From a bacterium (GTDB lineage Bacteria > Verrucomicrobiota > Kiritimatiellia > CAIKKV01 > CAIYGI01), in assembly GCA_025360745.1 (NCBI GenBank), contig JANYBP010000043.1, positions 10,455-74,454 of the forward strand: a stretch of DNA of 64,000 bases, read 5' to 3'. The translations under genes and the position numbers were made by a program. Below, piece by piece: positions 16,504-25,500 of the stretch. The notes under the pieces are model-generated. The model was not told the DNA's origin and ran no database searches. It worked only from the letters and a program-made list of their open reading frames with translations. Numbering within the stretch: the first letter of the stretch is position 1; the number at the start of each line of letters is the position of its first letter.

Positions 16504-17843
16504 GACCGGCGGGCTCCGGCCGCGGACGGCGCGGGAAGGTGCAGGTTGGAAGGTGGAGGTTGGAGGGTGGAAGGTGGAGGGTGGAGGGTGGAAGGTGGAG
16601 GGTGGAGGGTGGAAGACGAATCGGTTCCAGCAGTACTCGGGGACGGCGCGGCGATGCGCACGGCATAGGGGAGCAGAACGGCGCGACGATGCACGGAGAG
16701 GGAACTGCTCACCGCCAGGCGGCGGGCGGCGCCCGCGCCTTCACGCCAGGTCGCGCCCACCGACAATTCGCATGCGCCCGGCGTCGCGCTGTCCGGAACG
16801 ACCAGCGGCACTTCCATAACCTGCGCCCACATGTCCGCCCCCTCCGAAAGCACATTATCCGCCTGCGCCAGCATGCGGCCACGCTGGCGCAGGTGGATGA
16901 ATCCGACCAGAGCGGAGGACTCCGCCTCCGCGGGCACGGACCAGTAACACCGCAGCAGCAGGCGTTCGCCTGGCGCGACGGGACCCTCCGGCGCGCCGAT
17001 TCCCAGCAGCGTGACGCCGCGATCGAAGGCCGCCAGCGGCGCTTCGGCGCGGGCGATCAATTCCGGCACGGTCACAAAGGTGTAACCGCGCGCCTTAAGC
17101 GCCGCCAGCACCTGTTCCAGAACCTTGACCACCACGGCGCGGTTGAATCCCAACTGGGTATCGTGTCCATCGTGCAGCAAAAGAATGGCGCCCGAACTCA
17201 CCCGCCGCAGCATGTAATCCGCCATGACTTCCGGCGGATCGTTATGCCAATCGTAGGCATGCACCGAGACGCCGACATTGATCTGGTTTTCGGCCCGGCA
17301 CAGTCCCGCCAAACCACGATAGCGGCGGTCGGCGGCGCTGACGCCAACGGCCTTGGCGCCCGCCTCCTCATCCGGCCCGAAAATGCCGAAGGGATCGCGA
17401 AATAACACCGGACGCACACCCGTCACGGCGGCGATGGCGTCGGCGCCGTGACGGATCTGGTCGCGCCGTTCCGCATACGAAATCCGGTCGAAGCGCGGAT
17501 GGTCGTAGGAGTGGTTGCCGATCGCATGGCCGGCCTGCAACATACGCCGCACCGTGTCCGGACTGCGTTCGACATTGGTGCCGACGAGGAAAAAAGTCGC
17601 CCGCACCGACTCGCGGTCGAGAACGTCGAGCACCTGCGAGGTGTAGGGTTCATTCGGACCATCATCGAAGGTAAGCGCCACCACGCGCCCCGCAACCGGC
17701 ACATAACTTACAAGATCGCCCGCTTGAGGCCTGAAGGGCAGCCGTTCCGGTCCGCGGCATCCCGCCAGCGCAAAGACAGCGATAAAAACGAGCACGGAGG
17801 CACAAAGGGCTTTAATAGCGCATCGCACAACTTTCATGCGCAC
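16500..17843 (-). CDS. Polysaccharide deacetylase (NodB/CE4) lipoprotein with Pro-rich repeat tail
   Basis: Lipobox LAGC. NodB motifs TFDDGP...HSYDHP. C-terminal (STLHPPP)n tail encoded by a GGTGGA-type tandem repeat. Confidence 0.85.
   Translation of the reverse strand: MRMKVVRCAIKALCASVLVFIAVFALAGCRGPERLPFRPQAGDLVSYVPVAGRVVALTFDDGPNEPYTSQVLDVLDRESVRATFFLVGTNVERSPDTVRRMLQAGHAIGNHSYDHPRFDRISYAERRDQIRHGADAIAAVTGVRPVLFRDPFGIFGPDEEAGAKAVGVSAADRRYRGLAGLCRAENQINVGVSVHAYDWHNDPPEVMADYMLRRVSSGAILLLHDGHDTQLGFNRAVVVKVLEQVLAALKARGYTFVTVPELIARAEAPLAAFDRGVTLLGIGAPEGPVAPGERLLLRCYWSVPAEAESSALVGFIHLRQRGRMLAQADNVLSEGADMWAQVMEVPLVVPDSATPGACELSVGATWREGAGAARRLAVSSSLSVHRRAVLLPYAVRIAAPSPSTAGTDSSSTLHPPPSTLHPPPSTLQPPPSNLHLPAPSAAGARRS
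16541..16620. repeat. Tandem GGTGGA/GGGTGGA-type repeat (coding, Pro-rich tail); a dispersed second copy of the motif lies at 47150-47200
   Basis: ttggaaggtggaggttggagggtggaaggtggagggtggagggtggaaggtggagggtggagggtggaag seen directly in the sequence. Confidence 0.8.
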
Positions 17844-17891
17844 GATTTTACTTCATTAATTCTCTGAAATCCAACAAAGTGTTCGCAAGCC

Positions 17892-18917
17892 ATGTTGAAC
17901 CCCGGACTAAAACGCACCCTGACCACCCTGGCGAAGCTGGCCTTTATCGCCGCCTGCTTCGCTTTCATCTTCCATCGCGTGCCATGGCGGGATGTGGCGC
18001 GCCAGGTCAGTTCTGTATCCCCAGTCTGGTTTGCCACCGCATTTCTGGCGGTGCTCTCGGAGCCCGTGGTGATGGCCCTGAAATGGCGACTATTGCTGCT
18101 CGACAAAGGCACGCCCATCAGGCTGGGACGGGTGGTGCGCATTATTTTCACAAGCAACTTCATGGCGGCGCTGATTCCCACCAGCTTCGGAGCGGACGCG
18201 GTGCGCGTATGGCTGATGAGCAAGGAACGTTTCAGCCTGGCCAATGCGGCCGGGGCGCTCGTGACCGACCGCGTGCTTGGCGTGCTGTCGCTGATGACGC
18301 TCTCGCTGGCGGCCACATTATGGATCGGTCCAACGCTGGCCGACCGCACCGTGGTGCTGACCGTGGTGGGGCTGGCCGGCGGCATGCTGCTGGCGCTCGC
18401 CTTGGCGCTCTCGCCGCTGCCGGTGCGTCTGGCGCCCTATGCGCAGCGCGCGCTGAGCCCCTGGCTGGCGCGTCGCCAGCCGCGGCTGGGGAACATCTTC
18501 GACAAAATACTGCTGAAATTGACCGAGATTCACGCCGCCATCGTCGAGTATCGCCGCCGTCCGCGCACGCTGGCCTGGGTCATGCTGCTTAATTTCGGCG
18601 TCCAGGGATTACGCATCTTGTCCTTCCACTGCCTCTTTCGGGCTGTGCATTACCCGGTGCCGTGGATGAGCGAAATCGCCTTCGTCCCGATGATCGTCTT
18701 CATGACACTGCTGCCGATTTCCTTCTTCGGCCTGGGCATCAAGGAGGGCGCATTCCTCTACTTTTTCGGCCGCGCCGGCGTGCCCGCGCCGGTCGGGCTG
18801 GGTGTTTCGCTGCTATCCTACCTGCTGGTCTTCGGCGCACAGATTCCCGGCGCACTACTGGTCCTGCCGGGATTTCTGGCCGACCGTCGCGCGCGCTCCG
18901 CGCGCGACAATCCTTGA
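17892..18917 (+). CDS. Lysylphosphatidylglycerol-synthase-TM-like / flippase-like domain membrane protein (UPF0104)
   Basis: 8 TM helices. Typical of flippase-like proteins co-occurring with GT2 genes. Divergent from the deacetylase gene with a 48-nt spacer. Confidence 0.7.
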   Translation: MLNPGLKRTLTTLAKLAFIAACFAFIFHRVPWRDVARQVSSVSPVWFATAFLAVLSEPVVMALKWRLLLLDKGTPIRLGRVVRIIFTSNFMAALIPTSFGADAVRVWLMSKERFSLANAAGALVTDRVLGVLSLMTLSLAATLWIGPTLADRTVVLTVVGLAGGMLLALALALSPLPVRLAPYAQRALSPWLARRQPRLGNIFDKILLKLTEIHAAIVEYRRRPRTLAWVMLLNFGVQGLRILSFHCLFRAVHYPVPWMSEIAFVPMIVFMTLLPISFFGLGIKEGAFLYFFGRAGVPAPVGLGVSLLSYLLVFGAQIPGALLVLPGFLADRRARSARDNP

Positions 18918-18948
18918 GGCGGATCGCGTTATGCGCCAACCCGGCGCA

Positions 18949-19590
18949 TCAAACGCCGGCCAACGCCAGGGCTTCGCGCGTCAGACTTTCGATTCGCGCC
19001 CAGTCGCGGCCTGCGATCAGCGATTTTTCGACCATCCAGGTGCCGCCCACGGCCGCCACCACCGGCAAAGCCAGGTAGTCGCGCAGATTCTTTTCGTTGA
19101 TCCCGCCGGTCGGCACGAATTTCACGCCCGTGTGCTCGAACGGCCCCGCCAGCGCCTTGAGCATCTTGATGCCGCCCGATGCATCCGCCGGGAAAAACTT
19201 GAGGACCTTGCACCCCACCCCGATGGCGCGATCGACCTCGGTGGGGGTCAGCACGCCTGGAATCATCGCCATGCCCCGTCGCCGGGCAGCCAGCAGGACC
19301 GCCTCGTTCAAACCCGGCGCCACACCGAAAGTTGCGCCCGCATCCGCGGCCTGCCCCACCTGCTCCACGTTCAACAAGGTGCCCGCTCCCAAACACATCT
19401 CAGGGAAGCGCTGCGCGATATTACGGATGGACTGCGCGGCCGCCGGCGTGCGAAAGGTCACCTCAATTACGTTCAATCCCGCCTTCAGCAGGGCCTCGGC
19501 CAGCGGGACCGCCAGCTCGGCATTTTCGAGCGCCACCGCGGGAAGCAGTCGTTTAGCCAGAATCTTTTCCATGAGCGAACTCCTTTCCAA
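18949..19590 (-). CDS. eda: 2-dehydro-3-deoxyphosphogluconate / 4-hydroxy-2-oxoglutarate aldolase
   Basis: VIEVTFRTP...GAGTLL...FFPA...KFVPTGGI conserved KDPG aldolase motifs. Start is Met1 or Met7. Confidence 0.85.
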   Translation of the reverse strand: MERSSLMEKILAKRLLPAVALENAELAVPLAEALLKAGLNVIEVTFRTPAAAQSIRNIAQRFPEMCLGAGTLLNVEQVGQAADAGATFGVAPGLNEAVLLAARRRGMAMIPGVLTPTEVDRAIGVGCKVLKFFPADASGGIKMLKALAGPFEHTGVKFVPTGGINEKNLRDYLALPVVAAVGGTWMVEKSLIAGRDWARIESLTREALALAGV

Positions 19591-19727
19591 TTACTTGACG
19601 ATGTGCCTGCGCGAAGATACTCTAAAACCTTTCCGCGCGTCTAGGGCGCTGAAAACCACGCGTGTTTGAATTTACCCGAGCAACGGCGCGCGCTACCGAT
19701 CCGTGAACAACTGACAGAGACCGATTT

Positions 19728-20171
19728 ATGCAGATCGCCGACCTTGCCGCCATCGGCGGACGACGTTACCCAGCGCGCCGCTTAACCCAGAATTGGGTGG
19801 GCGGACTTTCGCCCATCCAGGCCAAAAATTTCGCCGTTGGAAACGTCACCCTGGACCCGGACGGCGGCCAGGTGCCCTGGCACAACCAGGAGCAGGAGGA
19901 AGTCTACTTCATCCTGGAAGGCACGGTGGAAATTTGCCTGGGCGCGGAACGCCGCGTGCTGACCCAAGGACAGGCGGTTTTTATCCCCAGCGGAGTCTTC
20001 CACCAGGCCACCAATCTTGGAGCCGACAGCGCGCGCATGCTGTACTGCTATGGACCGGCCGGCGATGTGGCGCACTGGAAGCAGGAACTGGCGGGCGTCC
20101 TGCCAAAGGCCGGGGTGGAAGCGCCGCCGCTGCCGGACGGCGCGCGCCCGCAGTGCGTGGATAAACCCTGA
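19728..20171 (+). CDS. Cupin domain protein
   Basis: WHNQEQEEVYFILEGT...FIPSGVFHQATN two-motif cupin signature. Confidence 0.7.
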   Translation: MQIADLAAIGGRRYPARRLTQNWVGGLSPIQAKNFAVGNVTLDPDGGQVPWHNQEQEEVYFILEGTVEICLGAERRVLTQGQAVFIPSGVFHQATNLGADSARMLYCYGPAGDVAHWKQELAGVLPKAGVEAPPLPDGARPQCVDKP

Positions 20172-20211
20172 CCGGCAATCGGTCGCCCGCGATATCATCG
20201 CAAGGAGCAGC

Positions 20212-21372
20212 ATGAACAAACCCGTGATCCACAAAGTAGGCATCATCATGAACGGCGTCACCGGACGCATGGGCGCCAACCAGCACCTCTTGCGCTCGAT
20301 CGTGCCCATCATCGAGCAAGGCGGCGTCCGCATCTCGCCCACGGAATTCATCATCCCCGAACCGATCCTGGTCGGGCGCAATCCGCTCAAACTGGAGCAA
20401 CTGGCGGCACGGAGCGGCATAAGCAAATGGACCACGGATCTCGACGGCGTGCTGAAAGACTCGGCCTTTCCCGTCTATTTTGACGCACAGGGAACCCAGC
20501 AGCGCGTTCCAAGCGTCACCCGCGCGATCAAGGCCGGCAAGCACATCTACTGCGAAAAACCGACCGCGACCACCACCCGCGAGGCCTATGCGCTCTATAC
20601 CCTCGCCGTCAAGGCGGGCGTGAAACACGGGGTTGTGCAGGACAAACTATGGCTGCCGGGTTTCCTGAAACTCAAGGCGCTGATAGAGAAGGGCTTTTTC
20701 GGCCGCATCCTCTCCGTCAAGGGCGAGTTCGGATACTGGGTTTTCGAAGGCGATTTGGTTCCCGCCCAGCGCCCAAGCTGGAATTACCGCCGCGAAGAAG
20801 GAGGCGGAATGATCATCGACATGCTCTGCCACTGGCGCTACCTGATCGACAATCTCTTTGGCCCGATCAGGGCCGTGAGCTGCCTTGGCGCCACGCACAT
20901 CGCCAAGCGCTTCGACGAGCAAGGCCGGCCTTTCAAATGTACGGCCGACGATGCCGCCTATGCGACGTTCGAGCTGGACGGCGGACCGGTCTGTCACTTC
21001 AATTCCTCGTGGTGTACGCGCGTCCGCCGCGACGATCTGCTCAGCGTGCAGGTGGACGGAGAACTCGGTTCGGCCGTGGCCGGCCTGCGCGATGTCTGGA
21101 TCCAGCCCTATGGCGCAACGCCGCGGCCGGTCTGGAACCCGGACATTCCGCAAGCCGTGGATTTCTACGGCAGCTGGCAAAAACTGCCGGAACAGCAGGA
21201 ATATGCGAACGCCTTCAAGATCCAGTGGGAATTGTTCCTGCGTCACATCGTCAAAGATGAACCCTTCCGTTGGGGCTTGCTGGAAGGCGCCAAGGGCGTG
21301 CAACTGGCGGAAAAAGGCATCGAGTCATGGAAGAAACGCGCCTGGGTGACTTTGCCGAAACTGGGCGTGTGA
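20212..21372 (+). CDS. Gfo/Idh/MocA family oxidoreductase
   Basis: VGIIMNGVTGRMGANQH N-terminal NAD(P)-binding motif, and EKP catalytic region (HIYCEKP). Preceded by AGGAG RBS. Confidence 0.85.
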   Translation: MNKPVIHKVGIIMNGVTGRMGANQHLLRSIVPIIEQGGVRISPTEFIIPEPILVGRNPLKLEQLAARSGISKWTTDLDGVLKDSAFPVYFDAQGTQQRVPSVTRAIKAGKHIYCEKPTATTTREAYALYTLAVKAGVKHGVVQDKLWLPGFLKLKALIEKGFFGRILSVKGEFGYWVFEGDLVPAQRPSWNYRREEGGGMIIDMLCHWRYLIDNLFGPIRAVSCLGATHIAKRFDEQGRPFKCTADDAAYATFELDGGPVCHFNSSWCTRVRRDDLLSVQVDGELGSAVAGLRDVWIQPYGATPRPVWNPDIPQAVDFYGSWQKLPEQQEYANAFKIQWELFLRHIVKDEPFRWGLLEGAKGVQLAEKGIESWKKRAWVTLPKLGV

Positions 21373-21409
21373 GGATATTTTTCGTAATAAGGCGTAAGCA
21401 GGAGTCCGC

Positions 21410-22183
21410 ATGCAGAAAAAAGTCGCATTGATTACCGGAGCGGGGCGTGGCATCGGGCTTGGCATCGCCAGATGTCTGGCCCGGGAAGGTTGCGACATCG
21501 CCGTCTGCGACGTCCATGAGGAGTCCGTTGCGGCCGATGCCGTTAAGGCGCTCCGTGATCTCGGCGCCGAGGTGCTGTTTTGCCGCGCCGATGTCACGAA
21601 TGCCGGCGAACGCAGCCGCATGCTCGACAGCATTCGCGAAAGGTTCGGACGTCTGAACGTGCTGGTAAACAATGCCGGCGTGGCCCCAAAAGTCCGCGCC
21701 GACATCCTCGAAGCCACGGAAGAGAGCTTTGTGAGGTTGATGACGATCAACCTGCAGGGACCCTACTTCCTGACTCAGGCCGTCGCCAACTGGCTGATCG
21801 CCCAGAAGCAAGCGGATGCGGCTTTCACGGGCTGCATCGTCAACATCTCGTCCGTCTCGTCCGGCGTGGCGTCCGTCAGCCGCGGCGATTATTGCATTTC
21901 CAAGGCCGGCGTCAGCATGGCCACGAAACTCTGGGCCGCGCGGCTCGGCGAGTTCGATCTGCCCGTTTACGAGATTCGTCCGGGCATCATCAAGACCGAG
22001 ATGACCGCGCCGGTAACGGCCAAGTACGACAAGCTGATCGGGGAAGGACTGCTTGTGCAGGGTCGCTGGGGCCTTCCCGAAGACGTGGGCCGGGCGGCCG
22101 CCATGCTGGTGCGCGGGGAACTGGCCTACTCCACCGGCCAGGTCTTGTTTGTGGATGGTGGGCAGACCTTGCAGCGCCTATAA
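21410..22183 (+). CDS. SDR family oxidoreductase
   Basis: TGAGRGIGLGIA (TGxxxGIG), NNAG, and SxxxxxxYxxxK (YCISK) motifs. Confidence 0.85.
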   Translation: MQKKVALITGAGRGIGLGIARCLAREGCDIAVCDVHEESVAADAVKALRDLGAEVLFCRADVTNAGERSRMLDSIRERFGRLNVLVNNAGVAPKVRADILEATEESFVRLMTINLQGPYFLTQAVANWLIAQKQADAAFTGCIVNISSVSSGVASVSRGDYCISKAGVSMATKLWAARLGEFDLPVYEIRPGIIKTEMTAPVTAKYDKLIGEGLLVQGRWGLPEDVGRAAAMLVRGELAYSTGQVLFVDGGQTLQRL

Positions 22184-22206
22184 CAGGAAAATCAAGGACC
22201 TTAGCC

Positions 22207-24207
22207 ATGCGCAAGACAACGATTGCCTCGCCCGTCTGGGGACGCGTGCCTGTTCATACCTGCCACACGCTGGTGATCGGCAGCGGCGCCGCCGGACTCA
22301 ATGCGGCCGTGCAACTGCGCCGTCTCGGCATCGACGATCTTGTGATCGTCACCGAGGGCCTGGATCAGGGCACCTCGATCAATACCGGCAGCGACAAGCA
22401 GACGTACTACAAACTTGGCCTGTGCGGCGCCAATGGCGACAGCCCCCGCGAACTCGCCGATACTTTTTTCGACGGCGGCTCCATGCATGGGGACCTGGCG
22501 CTGGCGGAGGCCGCCAATTCCGCCCGCGCATTTCTAAGTCTTGTCGATCTGAGCGTCCCCTTCCCGCGCGACCGCTTCGGTCAATTCGTGGGATACAAGA
22601 CCGATCACGATCCGCGTCAGCGCGCCACCTCCGTCGGTCCTTACACCTCGCGCGAAATGTGCCGCGCGCTGATCGCCGAGGTGCGCCGGCTCGGCATAGC
22701 GGTGCATGAAGGCCGCACGGTCGTTTCGCTGCTCAGCCAGCCCGCGCCCGCGGCGCGCGCCGCCGGCGCGCTGGCGCTCGATGCCGGGGGACGGGCGGTG
22801 GTTTACCTGGCCGCCAATACGGTGATCGCCGTGGGTGGACCGGGCGGACTTTACCGGACCAGCGTCTACCCCACCTGCCACACGGGCGGGATCGGGCTGG
22901 CGCTCGAAGCCGGGGCGCTCGCGCAAAGCCTGCCGGAATCGCAATACGGGCTGGCTTCCATCGGGTTCCGCTGGAACGTCTCGGGCACCTACATGCAGGT
23001 CATTCCGCGTTTCGTGAGCACCGCCGCCGATGGCGTGAGCGACCCCCGAGAGTTTCTGTTGCCGTGGTTCGACACACCGTCGCAAGCCTTCGACCGGGTA
23101 TTTCTAAAGGGCTACCAGTGGCCTTTCGACACGCGCAAGATGGCCGGCGGCTCTTCGCTGGTGGACATCCTCGTCTATATCGAAAACGTCGCGCGCGGGC
23201 GTCGCGTGTTCCTCGATTTCCGCGCCAATCCGGAGGGGTTCGACTTCGCACGGCTGGGCGCGGAGGCCTCCGATTATCTGCGCAAGTCCGGCGCCACCGA
23301 CGGTGCGCCGCTGGACCGTTTACGCACCATGAACCCCGGCGCAATCCAGCTCTATCTCGACCACGGCATCGATCTCGGCCGGGAAATGCTGGAAGTGGCG
23401 GTCTGCAGCCAGCACAACAACGGCGGCCTGGCGGCTAACGAATGGTGGGAATCGCTCAACCTGCCGCACCTCTTCCCGGTGGGCGAAGTCAACGGTTCGC
23501 ACGGCGTCTACCGTCCGGGCGGCTCGGCCCTGAATTCCGGGCAGGTCGGCAGCCTGCGGGCCGCGGAATACATCGCGGCGCGCTGCCGCGAAAACGATCT
23601 CGACAGGCGCGCCGCGCGCAAAACCGCGGCGGCCGCGCTGGACACCGCCGCCGCCTGGCTTGAACTCGGCGCGCAATCCCGCCGCGACTGGCGCGCGGAA
23701 CGCGCCGAATTACAGGCGCGCATGAGCGCCGCGGGCGCGCATATTCGCTCCGCGCTGACCGTGCGCAACGCCGTGACCGAGGCGCGCGCGCAGTGGCAGC
23801 GGCTGGCGCGGCAAGGCTGCCGTTTCGCGGGCGAAGCCGAAAAGGCCGACGCCATGCGCACGCGCTCGCTGGCCTTCGCGCACTTCGTATATCTCGATGC
23901 CATCGCCTTCGCGATCGCGGGCGGCCTGGGCAGCCGCGGGTCGGCGCTGGTGCAGAGCGCGGGCGGACAAATCATTCACCCGAAACTCCCGGGCGAGTGG
24001 ACTTTCCAGCCCGAGAACCCGCTCTTTCGCGAACAGGTGCTGGAGACGCTGCCGCGGTCCGACGGGACGATAGACCATCGCTGGGTCCCGCGCCGGCCGA
24101 TCCCCGAGACCGATCTATGGTTTGAAACCGCCTGGGCCGCCTACCGCGCTGGACGGATCTACGATCGGAACGGAAACGCCCCCAAGGAACCGCAACCCAA
24201 CTCATAG
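22207..24207 (+). CDS. FAD-binding oxidoreductase (fumarate reductase/succinate dehydrogenase/L-aspartate oxidase flavoprotein family)
   Basis: VIGSGAAGLNAA dinucleotide motif and ...GEVNGSHGVYRPGGSALN C-terminal FAD motif. ATG 22207 after AAGGA. Confidence 0.75.
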   Translation: MRKTTIASPVWGRVPVHTCHTLVIGSGAAGLNAAVQLRRLGIDDLVIVTEGLDQGTSINTGSDKQTYYKLGLCGANGDSPRELADTFFDGGSMHGDLALAEAANSARAFLSLVDLSVPFPRDRFGQFVGYKTDHDPRQRATSVGPYTSREMCRALIAEVRRLGIAVHEGRTVVSLLSQPAPAARAAGALALDAGGRAVVYLAANTVIAVGGPGGLYRTSVYPTCHTGGIGLALEAGALAQSLPESQYGLASIGFRWNVSGTYMQVIPRFVSTAADGVSDPREFLLPWFDTPSQAFDRVFLKGYQWPFDTRKMAGGSSLVDILVYIENVARGRRVFLDFRANPEGFDFARLGAEASDYLRKSGATDGAPLDRLRTMNPGAIQLYLDHGIDLGREMLEVAVCSQHNNGGLAANEWWESLNLPHLFPVGEVNGSHGVYRPGGSALNSGQVGSLRAAEYIAARCRENDLDRRAARKTAAAALDTAAAWLELGAQSRRDWRAERAELQARMSAAGAHIRSALTVRNAVTEARAQWQRLARQGCRFAGEAEKADAMRTRSLAFAHFVYLDAIAFAIAGGLGSRGSALVQSAGGQIIHPKLPGEWTFQPENPLFREQVLETLPRSDGTIDHRWVPRRPIPETDLWFETAWAAYRAGRIYDRNGNAPKEPQPNS

Positions 24208-24221
24208 CGTTGACCCGCCTT

Positions 24222-25421
24222 ATGAAACTTACCCTGCACCTCAAACCCGCGCGCGACATCCCCATCATCCGCGGCCATCCCTGGGTGCTCTCCGGCGCCA
24301 TCGCGCGCACGGAAGGGGACACCGCATGCGACGAAGCCGAAATCGTCGCCGCCAACGGCCGCTGTCTTGGTTGCGCCACCGTACATCCGCAGTCATCCAT
24401 TCGCGCCCGCCTGTTTTCCAACCGCCCCGGTGTGCATTTAAATGCCGCAACCATCCGCGAACGCCTGGAGGCCGCGCTGGCGCGCCGCCGACAATGGATG
24501 CCCGCCGACGCCGAAGCCATGCGGCTGGTATTTTCGGAAAGCGACGGACTGCCGGGACTGATTGTGGACCGCTACGCCGACACGCTGGTAATCCAGTGCT
24601 CGACGGCGCCATGGGAGTCGCGGCGCGACGCGCTTGTCGAAGCTCTGGTCGCCTTGCTGAAGCCGCGCACGGTTTACGAGCGCTCGGATCTGGACGTGCG
24701 GCGCCACGAGGAATTGGAACCGCGTCAGGGACTGCTTTGGGGCGACGCTCCACCCGAGGGCGGTGTGACATTTTCCGAAAACGGCTGCCGCTTTCTGGCC
24801 GATGTGTTGCACGGGCACAAAACCGGTTTTTATCTCGACCAAAGCGCCAACCGCCTGCGCGCCGCCGCCTGGGTCCGGCGCCTGGGCGCGCCGCGGGTGC
24901 TGAATGTCTTCGCCTACACCGACGCCTTCGGCATAGCGGCCCTGGCCGCCGGCGCGCGGGAAGTGGTCGCCGTGGACTCCGCGCTCAAGGCGCAACCCCT
25001 GGCCGCCGCGCAATTGGCGCTCAATCCCGGTTGCGATCCCGCGCGACGCCGCGCGATCGTCGGCGATGCCTTCAGCGTCCTGCGCGAACTGCATCAGGCC
25101 GGCGAACTGTTCGACCTCGTGATCATCGATCCGCCGCGACTTGTGACGCGCAAGGACCGGATGCAGGAAGGACTGCGCTCTTATAAAGACGCCAACCTTT
25201 TCGGAGTCAAACTGACCCGCCCCGGCGGCGTGCTGCTGACATTTTCGTGCAGCGGACTGGTCGAACGCGAACTGTTCACCAAAGTGCTGGAAGGCGCCGT
25301 ACGCGACAGCGGCCGCGAGGCGCAGTTGATCGAAACCCTCGATGCCCCGCCCGATCACCCACGCCGCCTGGGCTTCCCGGAATCCGACTACCTCAAGGGC
25401 GCCGTGCTGGGCGTCGTTTGA
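24222..25421 (+). CDS. Class I SAM-dependent rRNA (m5C) methyltransferase, RlmI-like (PUA + MTase)
   Basis: N-terminal PUA-like region. VLNVFAYTDAFGIAA and DLVIIDPP MTase motifs. Alternative TTG start at 24210. Confidence 0.8.
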   Translation: MKLTLHLKPARDIPIIRGHPWVLSGAIARTEGDTACDEAEIVAANGRCLGCATVHPQSSIRARLFSNRPGVHLNAATIRERLEAALARRRQWMPADAEAMRLVFSESDGLPGLIVDRYADTLVIQCSTAPWESRRDALVEALVALLKPRTVYERSDLDVRRHEELEPRQGLLWGDAPPEGGVTFSENGCRFLADVLHGHKTGFYLDQSANRLRAAAWVRRLGAPRVLNVFAYTDAFGIAALAAGAREVVAVDSALKAQPLAAAQLALNPGCDPARRRAIVGDAFSVLRELHQAGELFDLVIIDPPRLVTRKDRMQEGLRSYKDANLFGVKLTRPGGVLLTFSCSGLVERELFTKVLEGAVRDSGREAQLIETLDAPPDHPRRLGFPESDYLKGAVLGVV

Positions 25422-25500
25422 TGGCGCAATAATCGGCGGGAAGAAATCCTGACCGACACGCTTATGCCAGGGATGGCGGCGAGCATGCCCGCCCAGGTTG

